Assembly (NCBI GenBank): GCA_046290225.1
Contig: JBKAGE010000006.1
Coordinates: 1 to 64,000 of the forward strand
DNA: 64,000 nt
Direction: 5' to 3'
Origin: Bradymonadia bacterium
Lineage (GTDB): Bacteria; Myxococcota_A; Bradymonadia; UBA7976; UBA1532
Numbering within the stretch: position 1 is the stretch's first letter; every line of letters starts with the position of its first letter. The position numbers and the translations under genes were made by a program. Shown piece by piece: positions 51,364-61,303 of the stretch. Under the pieces are notes generated by a model. That model did not search any database. It was not told the DNA's origin and saw only the letters and a program-made list of their open reading frames with translations.

Positions 51364-51981
51364 TCAGAACGCGGAGCCCCTCTGTCGCAGCACGGCAAGA
51401 TCATTGTCCTGGTCGATGAACGTCTCCAATTGCACCACCAGGGGGTTGGGATAGGCCTCGCGGATTCGGGTCAGCAAGGCATCTGCTTCATCTTCTTCGC
51501 CGAGGCGCAGCAAGCAGGCCAGCACGTTCCCCAGAGCCTGGGCCGAGCGGACCAGCTCGAGAGAGCGCGAGTATTGCTCGAGCGCCTCTTCGTACCTCTC
51601 CATCAAGAAAGCGATGGCCCCTCGATGGCGCGCGAGGGCCGCCAGCGTGTGGCGGCGCTCGTCGTCGTGCTCGAGGCACAGGGCCTCGTATTCGAGCTCA
51701 CCGGCATAACGGCAAGCGGCCTTGAAGGCCTTGAACCGCGGTGAGGTGCTCACGACGCACAGCATCGAAAGCGCCCGGGGCCGATGGAACAGACCGGCGG
51801 CCTCTGCAGCGGCGATCCGTCGCTCCAAGGCGTCGATGCTCGCCCCCTCTTCTGCTGCGGCCAGAATGGCCGAGGCCTCTTCACGGGCGCCCTCAGGCAT
51901 GTGCTCGGTGAAAGCCTGAGTCACGTACGCTTCTTCTTCCAGTTGCTGGAAGATGCGTTCGAACAGCAGAGAGCGATCCAT
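51364..51981 (-). CDS. Cytoplasmic TPR-containing protein
   Basis: HRGAIAFLMERYEEALEQYSRSLEL, GNVLACLLRLGEEDEA, terminal DNDLAVLR. Confidence 0.72.
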   Translation of the reverse strand: MDRSLLFERIFQQLEEEAYVTQAFTEHMPEGAREEASAILAAAEEGASIDALERRIAAAEAAGLFHRPRALSMLCVVSTSPRFKAFKAACRYAGELEYEALCLEHDDERRHTLAALARHRGAIAFLMERYEEALEQYSRSLELVRSAQALGNVLACLLRLGEEDEADALLTRIREAYPNPLVVQLETFIDQDNDLAVLRQRGSAF

Positions 51982-52096
51982 GGGACGCCTTTCCAGAGCG
52001 GCGCACGCGCGGCCTGTTGCCGGGCAACACCTGCTCACACACAACACGTGGTACGAATGTCGGGCATGTTGCATCCCGAAGGCGTAGATTTAGACC

Positions 52097-54406
52097 ATGT
52101 GCAGGTTTTTGCCCGTAAAATTCGTCATCTGCTCCCTCATCGCGGTGTTTTTTTCAGCCTGTGATGATGACTCGCCCTCGAACGAGATGTCTTCGACGAC
52201 CGATCAGGGCGTGGTCGATGACAGCGGCACCTCTGACGCTGGCGTGCCCCCTGATGCAGCGCACGTGGACACCGGCTCGACGGACGCAGACATACCCCCA
52301 GAGCTGATCTCTGAAGAAGAAGCCATGGACCACATCGATCCATTCATCGGCTCAGGTGGCTTGGGCTTCAACCACGGCGCCATGACCCCTGCGGCTCAGA
52401 GACCACATGGCTTCGTGCGGCTGGGACCCGACACCACACGGGCGGGCGTGCACCCCGACTTCCACCACTTCAGCGGCTACCACTTCGATGATCCCGACAC
52501 GCGGGGCTTCAGCCACACGCGCTTCGTGGGCACCGGCATCGCCGACTTCGGCAACCTGAGGGTGTTGCCCACCCGCAGCCCCGAGCAGGTCGACTTCACC
52601 GCCATGGACAAATCCACGGAGCAGGCGTCGCCTGGCCGATATCAGGTGTATCTCCCCGAGATGCAGGTCCTCGCCGAGTTGACCACCACCCCCTTCGGCG
52701 GGCTGCATCGATACACTTTCGAAGAAGACGGCTGGCTGCAGTTCGACGCAGCATCGAGCGTCTCCGAGGGCGGCGTGCGGGCCGTGGAGATCGAGGTCGA
52801 AGGTGATCGCCTGACAGGCGCGGTGACCTACGCCGGACCCATGACCGGCAGAGGGCACGCCGAAGGCTTCACCCTCTTCTTTTATGGTCGACTCGACCCC
52901 GCGCCCACAGAGGTCGTCGAGCTCAGCGAGGGGCGCGTGGCCCTCAGCGTCGAAGCGGGGGTGACTACCCTCGACCTCGCCGTATCGCTCATCAACGCAG
53001 ATCAAGCCCGGGCCAACTTCGACGCCGAGCTCGCAGACACCGACTTCGACACCGCCGCTGAGGCCTCACGGGCTGACTGGGCTGCGCTGATCGGCAAGGT
53101 CAGGGTGAGCCGCGGCACAGAGGCTGATCTCGAGCGGTTCTACACCGCCCTCTATCACACCCACGCCATGCCCACCCGCTACGACGAAATGGGGCGTTAC
53201 CGCGGCATAGACAACCAAGTGCACACCCTCGATCGCGAAGGGGGCTACTACAGCGATCTCTCGCTGTGGGACACCTTCCGCACCCTGCACCCCTGGTACA
53301 CGCTCGCTCACCCCGAGCTGCAGCGCGACTGCCTGAACTCTCTGCTCGACATGGCCGTGCAAGGCGGCTCGATGCCCCGGTGGCCGGCGATCAACACCTA
53401 TGGCAGCAGCATGATCAGCTCCAGCGCCGATCATCTCTTCGCTGAGGGGGCTCTCAAGGGCATCGAGGGCGTCGACTATGCGTCGGCCTTCGACATCTTG
53501 TGGGCGGGGGCCAACGGGCCCACCCAGTATGCCGGGCGTCGCTCCATCGAGGACTACCTGAACCTCGGATACGTCTCGGTGGAGAGCACGGGGGGCTCGG
53601 TCTCCCGCACAGTGGAGTATGCCTGGGCTGACGCCTCGCTGGCCCGCCTCGCAGAGCGCCTCGGCCATACAGAAGAAGCGATGACCCTCACCGAGCGCAG
53701 CTTCGCGTGGCGCGCCCTGCTCGACCCGAGCACTGGCTTCCTCACCCCGAAGACTGTCGGCGGCGAGTTCATGGAGATCCGACCCACCTCGATCCACATG
53801 GAAGGCGACGCCCCCTATGTAGAAGGATCTGCGTGGCACTGGCGGTTCTATGCTTTTCAGCACCCTGAGGCCCTCGCTGAGGCCCTCGCAGAAGCCACAG
53901 GCAACCCCGAAGCCCTGGCAGAGGCCCTCGATGTCTTCTTCCAGCGCTCGGGCTTCGGCGAAGGGCGTTGGGTGCCCACGCGGCCAGATCCGTATTACTG
54001 GCAGGGCAACGAGCCTGATCTGCACAGCCCGTGGCTGTACTACGCCGCTGGGCGGCCCGAGTCTGCCCAGCGCTGGATCAGAGCCATCCAACAGAAAGCC
54101 TATGGCCTCGGCGCTGATGGTCTCGTGGGCAACGACGACGGCGGCACCCTCAGCGCGTGGCTGCTCTTCAGCGCTGTGGGGCTCTACCCCGTGGCCGGCT
54201 CAGACCAGTATCTGCTCTCACCGCCGCTCTTTGAGCGCATCCACATCGATCGTGGCGATCAGGTGATCAAGATCCGCGCCCCTGGCGCTTCGCTCGACGC
54301 CTGGCGCATCAACGAGGCCCGCTTGAACGACCAGCCGATCACCGACGGCCTGACCCATGATGTGTTGCTCGATGGCACTTTATGGCTGCAGATGGCTGCG
54401 CCCTGA
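52097..54406 (+). CDS. GH92 alpha-1,2-mannosidase-family lipoprotein
   Basis: Lipobox FSAC; DPFIGS, GFSHT, SLWDTFR, SVSRTVEYAWAD, QGNEP, GNDDGG. Confidence 0.93.
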   Translation: MCRFLPVKFVICSLIAVFFSACDDDSPSNEMSSTTDQGVVDDSGTSDAGVPPDAAHVDTGSTDADIPPELISEEEAMDHIDPFIGSGGLGFNHGAMTPAAQRPHGFVRLGPDTTRAGVHPDFHHFSGYHFDDPDTRGFSHTRFVGTGIADFGNLRVLPTRSPEQVDFTAMDKSTEQASPGRYQVYLPEMQVLAELTTTPFGGLHRYTFEEDGWLQFDAASSVSEGGVRAVEIEVEGDRLTGAVTYAGPMTGRGHAEGFTLFFYGRLDPAPTEVVELSEGRVALSVEAGVTTLDLAVSLINADQARANFDAELADTDFDTAAEASRADWAALIGKVRVSRGTEADLERFYTALYHTHAMPTRYDEMGRYRGIDNQVHTLDREGGYYSDLSLWDTFRTLHPWYTLAHPELQRDCLNSLLDMAVQGGSMPRWPAINTYGSSMISSSADHLFAEGALKGIEGVDYASAFDILWAGANGPTQYAGRRSIEDYLNLGYVSVESTGGSVSRTVEYAWADASLARLAERLGHTEEAMTLTERSFAWRALLDPSTGFLTPKTVGGEFMEIRPTSIHMEGDAPYVEGSAWHWRFYAFQHPEALAEALAEATGNPEALAEALDVFFQRSGFGEGRWVPTRPDPYYWQGNEPDLHSPWLYYAAGRPESAQRWIRAIQQKAYGLGADGLVGNDDGGTLSAWLLFSAVGLYPVAGSDQYLLSPPLFERIHIDRGDQVIKIRAPGASLDAWRINEARLNDQPITDGLTHDVLLDGTLWLQMAAP

Positions 54407-54423
54407 AGGGTGCACAGCCCATC

Positions 54424-54439
54424 TGGTACGTGTTATGCA
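54424..54439 (+). promoter_or_regulatory. Putative sigma54 (-24/-12) promoter
   Basis: TGGTACGTGTTATGCA, GG-N10-GC. Confidence 0.55.
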
Positions 54440-54573
54440 CGCTCAATCTACCCTGAGGTCGATAAACAGCATGGTGTCCTGAAGAGGGCCTGAGCACGTC
54501 ACTCTGTGTGACCTCGGCGCCTCAACGTGGCAGCCCCATTTGCCACCAGGTACACCATGCATGGGAGGTGAGC

Positions 54574-56193
54574 GTGTCTCGATTCACTCGTCATTGCGTG
54601 TTCCCCATCACCCTGATGGCCGCCCTGATGGCCGCCCTGGCGGCCTGCGGCGAGGGTGAGTTCGACGCCAAGCCGGAGGCGGTGGCGCTCGACACCACAG
54701 CGGTGCACCTCGAGAGCGTGCAGGATGCCACGGGGATCCACAGCATCTTCGCTGATGGCGTCGATCTCTTCGCCAACGTCGGCGGGTACTACATCATCGG
54801 TTCGTGTGGTGGCCCGGATGATCCTGGGGAGAACGTGGTCTCTCTCGGAGGCGACGGCCGCACGCTCCACGCCCCAGGTGGTTGTCCCGGGGCGCCCTAC
54901 CGCCTGACCATCGAAGGCGACAATCCCAAGCGCGTCACCCTCGAGGTGGGGCCGATGCCCGTGGATTACGCCACCCTCTCGGTGCCCCTCGATCCGGTGC
55001 GTACCTTGTTCACCGAGTTCCGTATCTCGGGTGATCGATATGAGGTGGGCTGTGGCGCCAGCTGGGATCGCCGCCGAGGCAATGGTGGGGCCTTCGACAG
55101 CATCCCGCAGCCCTGTCATATCCCCAACCACGGCCCCGTGGGCGCCGCCCGTACTCAAGTCGGGCCGGGATACTGGGCAGAGATCAGCGGCCCTGTGGCC
55201 CGGATCCGCCGTACACTCGTCGAGGGGCACATCGACGAGCTGTTCTTCTACAACCACCCCTACACCCGAAACATGGAGTACAGCTTCGGCCCAGTCCGCC
55301 GTGGAGAGACTGTGCGCATGGTGGAGGAGCTGGCAATTCTACCCCCTGGTGGTGCTCAGGCGCCGGCGCCCGAAGCCCCCGCCCCCGAAGCTCCACCGCC
55401 AGTGTCCACAGGTGGGGATCCCCTCGATCTGCTCTACCGCGCCATCTTCTGGCGTGATGCCGATCCTGCAGGCCGGGGGACCTTCGGCCCTCGCGTGACT
55501 TCGGTGGCTGGTATGAAGCAGGTGGCAGCGGATCTTCTGGCCTCACCGGAGTTCGCCGGGGTGACGTCGCAACGGTCGAGCGCCGAGATCCTCGAGCAGT
55601 TCTATCGCGGCCTCCTGGGCCGCGCCCTCGATCCGAGCGGCCGGGAGAGCTGGCAAGGCCAGGTACAACGCGGCGAGTACGGCGCGGTCATCTACGCGCT
55701 GCTCGACTCTCAAGAGTTCCGCAACGCCCACCCGGGCCTCGCCGATGGTGGCGCGGTGGCTCCACCCCCGGCGAATGATCCGCCCGCGAGCCCGCCCCCA
55801 GCCAATGATCCACCGCCCGTGGCGGATGATCAGCCGCCCGCGGTGGGTGCTGCGGGCGCCCAGCTCCTGCCCCCGCTCTACGAGGCCATCTTCGCCCGAG
55901 CAGCTGATGACTCGGGGCTGGGCACCTTTGGCCCCACGGTGGACGCGGCGGGTTATGAGGGCCTGAAGCAGGTGGCGCGACAGATGATCCCCTCACCAGA
56001 GTGGGAGGCCCGGCGCGCTTCGAACACCCACGGCGCGCTGCTGGATCAGTTCTATCGCGGTCTGATGGGTCGCCCGGTGGATCCTGCGGGCCAGGGCACG
56101 TTCCTGCCATGGGTACGCGAGGGCCGGTACCTGCAGGTGCTCGACGCCCTCATCGACTCGCCAGAGTTCCGAGGCCGTTTTCCTGGATATTGA
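54574..56193 (+). CDS. Lipoprotein with two DUF4214-like C-terminal modules
   Basis: Lipobox LAAC; repeated LY.AIF.R.AD..G...SPEF and FYRGL.GR..DP.G...SQEF/SPEF; Pro-rich linkers. Confidence 0.75.
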   Translation: MSRFTRHCVFPITLMAALMAALAACGEGEFDAKPEAVALDTTAVHLESVQDATGIHSIFADGVDLFANVGGYYIIGSCGGPDDPGENVVSLGGDGRTLHAPGGCPGAPYRLTIEGDNPKRVTLEVGPMPVDYATLSVPLDPVRTLFTEFRISGDRYEVGCGASWDRRRGNGGAFDSIPQPCHIPNHGPVGAARTQVGPGYWAEISGPVARIRRTLVEGHIDELFFYNHPYTRNMEYSFGPVRRGETVRMVEELAILPPGGAQAPAPEAPAPEAPPPVSTGGDPLDLLYRAIFWRDADPAGRGTFGPRVTSVAGMKQVAADLLASPEFAGVTSQRSSAEILEQFYRGLLGRALDPSGRESWQGQVQRGEYGAVIYALLDSQEFRNAHPGLADGGAVAPPPANDPPASPPPANDPPPVADDQPPAVGAAGAQLLPPLYEAIFARAADDSGLGTFGPTVDAAGYEGLKQVARQMIPSPEWEARRASNTHGALLDQFYRGLMGRPVDPAGQGTFLPWVREGRYLQVLDALIDSPEFRGRFPGY

Positions 56194-56985
56194 TCATTCG
56201 TCCGCAGCGCCGGGGTGCATCTGCATCAGAGCGAAGTGGGCCCCCTGCGGGTCGAGTATCTGAGCGAAGAAGCCCACACCCTCAGCCTCCATCGTGGGTA
56301 CGACGATCTTGGCCCCCATGGCCTCAGCCCGAGCCACGCTCTCTTCACAATTCTCGACACAGATGTAAGGCACCCAGTGGGGCGGTACCTCACCCCAAGA
56401 GGGGTCGATGCTGATCACACCACCGTTGGCGCGCTCACCATTCTTCACGGTGGTGTACGCCATCGGACCCTCTTCAACCTCTGCCGTCCAGCCAAAGACC
56501 TTGTTGTAGAACTCAAGTGATCCCGGCACGTCGCGGGTGGCGAGTTCATTCCAGGTGAGGCAGCCAGGCTCGTTCACCCGGGTGGCCCCGATGTGCTCGC
56601 CGGGCTGCCACAGAAACACAGGCGCACCAGAAGGATCAGTCAACGCCGCCATCTGCCCGGAGCTGCCGATCTCACACGCGGGCATCTTCACCTGACCACC
56701 GGCAGCTTCGGCCCTGGCCAGCACAGGCCCAATCTCGTCGACGGAGACATAGTTGCACCAGAAGGCCGGCACGCCAGGGGCGCGCATCTCCTCGGGCAAG
56801 CTGTAGGCTGCGGCCACGGTGTCACCATCCTTGAGGAACATGGTGTACGTGCTGCCGTTGGGTGCGGGTACATCCTGGGCAGACCAGCCGAAGAGTTCGC
56901 TGTAGAATGCCTTGGCACCGTCGAGGTCGAGGGCCGCGAGGTCGATCCAGCTGAAGGTGCCGTGGGTGTACTTGTCCATCTTCAT
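56194..56985 (-). CDS. Two-domain VOC/glyoxalase-family protein
   Basis: WIDL...FYSELFGW, WNELAT...FYNKVFGW, DPSGA/DPQGA. Confidence 0.9.
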   Translation of the reverse strand: MKMDKYTHGTFSWIDLAALDLDGAKAFYSELFGWSAQDVPAPNGSTYTMFLKDGDTVAAAYSLPEEMRAPGVPAFWCNYVSVDEIGPVLARAEAAGGQVKMPACEIGSSGQMAALTDPSGAPVFLWQPGEHIGATRVNEPGCLTWNELATRDVPGSLEFYNKVFGWTAEVEEGPMAYTTVKNGERANGGVISIDPSWGEVPPHWVPYICVENCEESVARAEAMGAKIVVPTMEAEGVGFFAQILDPQGAHFALMQMHPGAADE

Positions 56986-57110
56986 GGGAATGGCTCCATG
57001 TAAAGCCCCATCGAGGGGCTGGGCTGTCGTCACGTGGTTGAATGTGTATATGAGGGTGTAACGAACACCTTCACACTGCGCAACATTTGTTCAGACAAAA
57101 AGAGGTTCTG

Positions 57111-59459
57111 ATGAGGAATCGCCACCTTCTGGCGACGATGACGAGTCTGCTGGCCACGACATGGGGCGCGGGGTGCGATGACGGTGGGGGCAGCGCTGAG
57201 ATCTCTGATGCCACGACTCTGTCAGACGCCATGGCGCGACCCACCCCCGACATGGGGACAGCGCCCACGCCTGATGCCGACATCGCCGACATGCAGGTGG
57301 TCTCTCCTGACATGCAGATGCCCGACGCCGAGCCCTCAGGGTGTGGGACTGCAGCCAGCCCGCTGCCTGACGATCTCATCGAGCTGAGCCATGACGACGG
57401 CACGCCCTCTGCCCACATCGGTATGCAGGATTGGGCGGTGAACACAGGCACGGCAGAGCACGCCCTTGGCGACAGCCCGCTCTGGTCCTCGATCCGGTTC
57501 GACATCGAGCGCCCTGCGGAGATCTATGGCTTCGCGGTGCAGTGGGCCCCCATGGCCGACGCAGATCCCGAGATGACGCTCGAGGCCGGTCTGTATCCCG
57601 ACTTCGGATACAACGGCTTCGACTTCTGGCGTTGGGATCCGCTCTGGACGGGCACCCGCTGCGCAGGTGAAGTGACAGAGGGCGAGTGGCTCACCTACAC
57701 GTTCGACACGCCAGTGCAGATCACCACGCCGGGGCTGGTCCATGTGGCGCACCGACGCGAGGGTCGCGCTGATCCGGCGTGGATGTTCGATGGCTCCACG
57801 GTGAACGAAGATGGCAGCTGCGGCGCCTTTGGAGACTGCTCTTCAGGCCTCAATCTACCGGAAGCGGAGCCCGCTCAGTTCTACAACGGGGTCTCGTTTC
57901 CCTTTCAGTACGACTTCATGGTGCGGCTCTATGTGCGCTACACCGAGCCCGAAGCCACCCCGACCTTCGTCGTGGACGAGGCCCACGCCGACCTGCCCCG
58001 AGCCGGCCATGTATCGTATGGCGATTACGACCTCGACGGCGATGACGATCTGCTGCTCAACGGTCGCTTGTGGGCCAATGACGGCACCGGCGACCTCACC
58101 GACGTCACCGAAGAGTCCGGCCTGAGCGACGGCCCGGCTACGGGCGGTGTCTGGGGCGACTACGACAATGACGGCTGTCTCGATCTGTTGCGCTTCGCCG
58201 AAACCCCTGCAGCCCCCGACTCTCTGTGGCGCAGCAACTGTGACGGTACCTTCACCGAAGTCACTGAAGCTGCAGGCCTCGTAGATGCCCAGGCCTACAA
58301 CCCGTGCGGCAACCCCGAGACCAACCTGCACAGCCCCACGGCAGCGGCGGCCTGGATCGACATCGACGCCGACGGCTTGCTCGACCTTTATCTGTCGAAC
58401 TTCATCTGCTGGGACAATGGCGGCACGTACACCGACGAGATCTATCGCAATCTCGGCGACGGCACCTTCGAGAGCATCACCGGTGACCGGGGCTTCAACA
58501 GCAGCCAGACCCCAAGCCGGGGCGCCGCCCCCATCGACGTCGATCGAGACGGCGACGTCGATCTCTTCGTGAACAATTACCGTCTCGTGGCCAACCTCTT
58601 CTACGAGAACCAGGGGGACGGCACTGTGGAGGAGCGGGCCGAACTGCTTCAGCTCACAGGAGAGCGCTTCGAGGGCTGGTACGGCCACACCATCGGCGCC
58701 GCCTGGGGTGATCTGGACAACGATGGTGATTTCGATCTGGTGGCTGCGAACCTGGCCCACCCACGCTTCTACGATTTCTCAGACAAGACCGAGATCTTGC
58801 TGCAGGATCGCTTCGGCACCTTCGCCGACTCCGCGAAGCCCTGGGACGTCACCGGCAGCCCCTCGGGTCTGCGCTACCAGGAGACCCACTCGGTGCCCAC
58901 CCTCGCCGACTTCGACAGCGACGGCGCCCTCGATCTGGTGATCACCGCGGTCTACGACGGTCGCCCCACCGACTTCTACTGGGGCAACGGCGACGGCACC
59001 TTCACCCTCGACGCGTGGCGCTCGGGCATCACCACCACCAACGGCTGGGGGGTGGCCTCCGGCGATGTTGATGGTGACGGGGCCCCCGATGTCTTCGCCC
59101 ACCAGCTCTTCACCAACCGCCTGCCTGCTGAGCGCCGCGGTCACTGGCTTCAGATCCGGGTCATCGGCGACGACGGCTCGAACTTCGCCGCCATTGGCGC
59201 CACGGTAGAAGTACGCCTACCCGACGACGAGGTCCGATTGCGTCATGTGCAGGGCGGCACAGGCAAGGGCGGGCAGGACTCGATGTACCTGCACGTGGGC
59301 CTCGGCGATCTCACCGAGGCATCATCGATCGCGGTGATGTTCCCCGGCGGCAAGACGGTGGAATACGCCGGACCCTTCGAGGCGGATCAACGGGTGTGGT
59401 TGTTGGAGAGTGGCGCCGCAGTCGAAGGCTTCGAGGTGCCTGAGGTACTGCGACGCTGA
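57111..59459 (+). CDS. FG-GAP/VCBS-repeat lipoprotein with ASPIC/UnbV domain (CRTAC1-like)
   Basis: Lipobox GAGC; repeated D.D.DG..DL motifs; AIGATV...LHVGLG. Confidence 0.88.
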   Translation: MRNRHLLATMTSLLATTWGAGCDDGGGSAEISDATTLSDAMARPTPDMGTAPTPDADIADMQVVSPDMQMPDAEPSGCGTAASPLPDDLIELSHDDGTPSAHIGMQDWAVNTGTAEHALGDSPLWSSIRFDIERPAEIYGFAVQWAPMADADPEMTLEAGLYPDFGYNGFDFWRWDPLWTGTRCAGEVTEGEWLTYTFDTPVQITTPGLVHVAHRREGRADPAWMFDGSTVNEDGSCGAFGDCSSGLNLPEAEPAQFYNGVSFPFQYDFMVRLYVRYTEPEATPTFVVDEAHADLPRAGHVSYGDYDLDGDDDLLLNGRLWANDGTGDLTDVTEESGLSDGPATGGVWGDYDNDGCLDLLRFAETPAAPDSLWRSNCDGTFTEVTEAAGLVDAQAYNPCGNPETNLHSPTAAAAWIDIDADGLLDLYLSNFICWDNGGTYTDEIYRNLGDGTFESITGDRGFNSSQTPSRGAAPIDVDRDGDVDLFVNNYRLVANLFYENQGDGTVEERAELLQLTGERFEGWYGHTIGAAWGDLDNDGDFDLVAANLAHPRFYDFSDKTEILLQDRFGTFADSAKPWDVTGSPSGLRYQETHSVPTLADFDSDGALDLVITAVYDGRPTDFYWGNGDGTFTLDAWRSGITTTNGWGVASGDVDGDGAPDVFAHQLFTNRLPAERRGHWLQIRVIGDDGSNFAAIGATVEVRLPDDEVRLRHVQGGTGKGGQDSMYLHVGLGDLTEASSIAVMFPGGKTVEYAGPFEADQRVWLLESGAAVEGFEVPEVLRR

Positions 59460-59495
59460 GCGGACGACCGTGCCTTTGGCACCGTCGTCCGCTCA
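59457..59495. repeat. REP-like palindrome, copy 2, spanning both convergent stop codons
   Basis: TGAGCGGACGAC-C-GTGCC-TTT-GGCAC-C-GTCGTCCGCTCA. Confidence 0.85.
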
Positions 59496-60293
59496 AAACC
59501 GCCAGAACATGTCGAATTGCGGAGTAAAGCTCTTCTGGGGCAGGAACACGTACAGTGGCGGGAAGTGGTAGTTGCCGTAGCCCCCGCCCACCTTCAGATT
59601 GAAGGTCTCCCAGCGCCAGTAGAGGCTTACGCTCCAGTTCCCCGTGAACCCCTCCGACTCGTCAGCCACGTCACCGCCACCGAAGACGTCCACCTCAGTC
59701 TGTTGATCGAGGGTGAAGGTGGTCTTTGCCTGAGCCGAGGCTGACTGCTCAAGCATGATGTTCGCTTCGAAGATGAGGGCCAGGTGGTCGCCCACCCGCC
59801 ACTCTAGAGCAGGTGTGAGGCTGGTGGTGTCCACGGCGAGCAAACCATCGACGTTTTGATCTTCGTCGTCTCCTGTAGAGACAGCCCCCTCGCCACTGCC
59901 GGTGATTTGAGTGATGTTCAGCGCGAGGTGAAAGCCCCAATCACCCCACTCGTAGCCACCCACCAGGTTGATGGGCACCGCAGTGAGCTGTGCAGTCTCT
60001 TCGTCAACGCCGAAGGCGCTCAAATTGATGGAGAACACCCCCAGCTTGGCTCCGAGGGACCACGGACCGCTCTGCAGACCGTGCCATTTGACGGTGGCGT
60101 TGGGCCCCAGGGCCCAGAAGATGCTGTGAGTGCCCACCTGCCAGCGATCGGTGATCCCATAATGCAGACCCCAGAGCCCCAGCTTGAACTCACCGTCATC
60201 TAGGGTATAGGCGGTGTATTCAGTACGCGCTTTGGGCTCGGGGCCGTCAGCGAGGGCAGGTGTGGCGAGGCACAGGCCAGCGAGCAACCCCAT
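59493..60293 (-). CDS. Putative outer-membrane beta-barrel protein
   Basis: Signal peptide ending ALA; amphipathic strands; C-terminal FWRF. Confidence 0.7.
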   Translation of the reverse strand: MGLLAGLCLATPALADGPEPKARTEYTAYTLDDGEFKLGLWGLHYGITDRWQVGTHSIFWALGPNATVKWHGLQSGPWSLGAKLGVFSINLSAFGVDEETAQLTAVPINLVGGYEWGDWGFHLALNITQITGSGEGAVSTGDDEDQNVDGLLAVDTTSLTPALEWRVGDHLALIFEANIMLEQSASAQAKTTFTLDQQTEVDVFGGGDVADESEGFTGNWSVSLYWRWETFNLKVGGGYGNYHFPPLYVFLPQKSFTPQFDMFWRF

Positions 60294-60297
60294 CACT

Positions 60298-61134
60298 CTA
60301 CCAATCAAAGCTGCCCCCCTCCTCGTCAGTGCAACTGCCCCCCGTGAAGGTCTCGTTGACGCTGCACTGCCACGTCCGCGCTCCGCGGATCGTCACTGCG
60401 AGGGTGTCCAGGCCCGAGGTGGGCACCGCGACGATGATGTCTTCCCCAGAGGGCAGCGGCTGGCGCATCTGCACCTCTTCTCCATCGAGCCTCAGCTCCA
60501 ACGAGAGTGGCTTCACGGCGTCTTCGGCCCGTTGCGAGGTGCCCTCGAGCACCAACAAGAACCCGGCCTCTGGATCCTGAAATGGGGTGAGCAGTTGAAT
60601 GCTCCCGTCGAAGCGCACCTGACGGTCGCCGAGGGTGAGGTGGCAATCTCGCAAGTTGCCCCAGAAGGTTTCGCCGAGGCCATTGTCGATGTTGAAGACG
60701 TTGGTCAGCTCGAGCCGGCCTTGCAGGCCGTCGCCCCAACCACCGCACTGATGGCGAAGCCGGCCCCAGCCACCAGCAGAGAACGAGAACGACTGCCCCT
60801 GCCTTTGCTCTCCGAGCAGCAGCCCATCTTCACGGGTGTGCACGGTGAGGGCGTCGCTGCTCTGCCCGGCCTGCCCCCACTGACTTACGAGTTCGAAGGT
60901 GAACTCCAACAGCAACAGCGCATCGGCGACATCGACGAGCCCTGTGGCGAAGTCTTCGATGGCCGCTGGGGCGTTCTGCGCGGTCAGCTCGCCCGCAGGC
61001 TCAAGATAGCGTTCGAGGGTGGCACGTACGTTGGGGGGTGTGGGCGCAGGCTCGCTGTCTTCACCTCCACAGCCGCCGCTGAGAGACACCACTGGGATCA
61101 TCAACGATAATGCGAGGGTTCTGAACACGTACAT
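60298..61134 (-). CDS. Hypothetical lipoprotein
   Basis: Lipobox SGGC; probably co-transcribed with the beta-barrel gene. Confidence 0.65.
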   Translation of the reverse strand: MYVFRTLALSLMIPVVSLSGGCGGEDSEPAPTPPNVRATLERYLEPAGELTAQNAPAAIEDFATGLVDVADALLLLEFTFELVSQWGQAGQSSDALTVHTREDGLLLGEQRQGQSFSFSAGGWGRLRHQCGGWGDGLQGRLELTNVFNIDNGLGETFWGNLRDCHLTLGDRQVRFDGSIQLLTPFQDPEAGFLLVLEGTSQRAEDAVKPLSLELRLDGEEVQMRQPLPSGEDIIVAVPTSGLDTLAVTIRGARTWQCSVNETFTGGSCTDEEGGSFDW

Positions 61135-61303
61135 GATGGGGTTCCGTGAGTGGTCTGGCGCTGTCATAGGCAACGGCGGCGCGGTATCGATCCTTCACCT
61201 GATCGTACAGCGTGTTCGGATTGTTCGTGCAATGCGTTCGGATCGAGTTGAGCGCACAGCATGGACCCCGCGATGCATTCGTTTTATGGACCAGCCTGTG
61301 CCC

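Noticed and set aside
54611..54645. 12-bp repeat (CCCTGATGGCCG) as a phase-variation switch
   Set aside because: The unit is a multiple of three and only lengthens the signal-peptide helix (LMAA)
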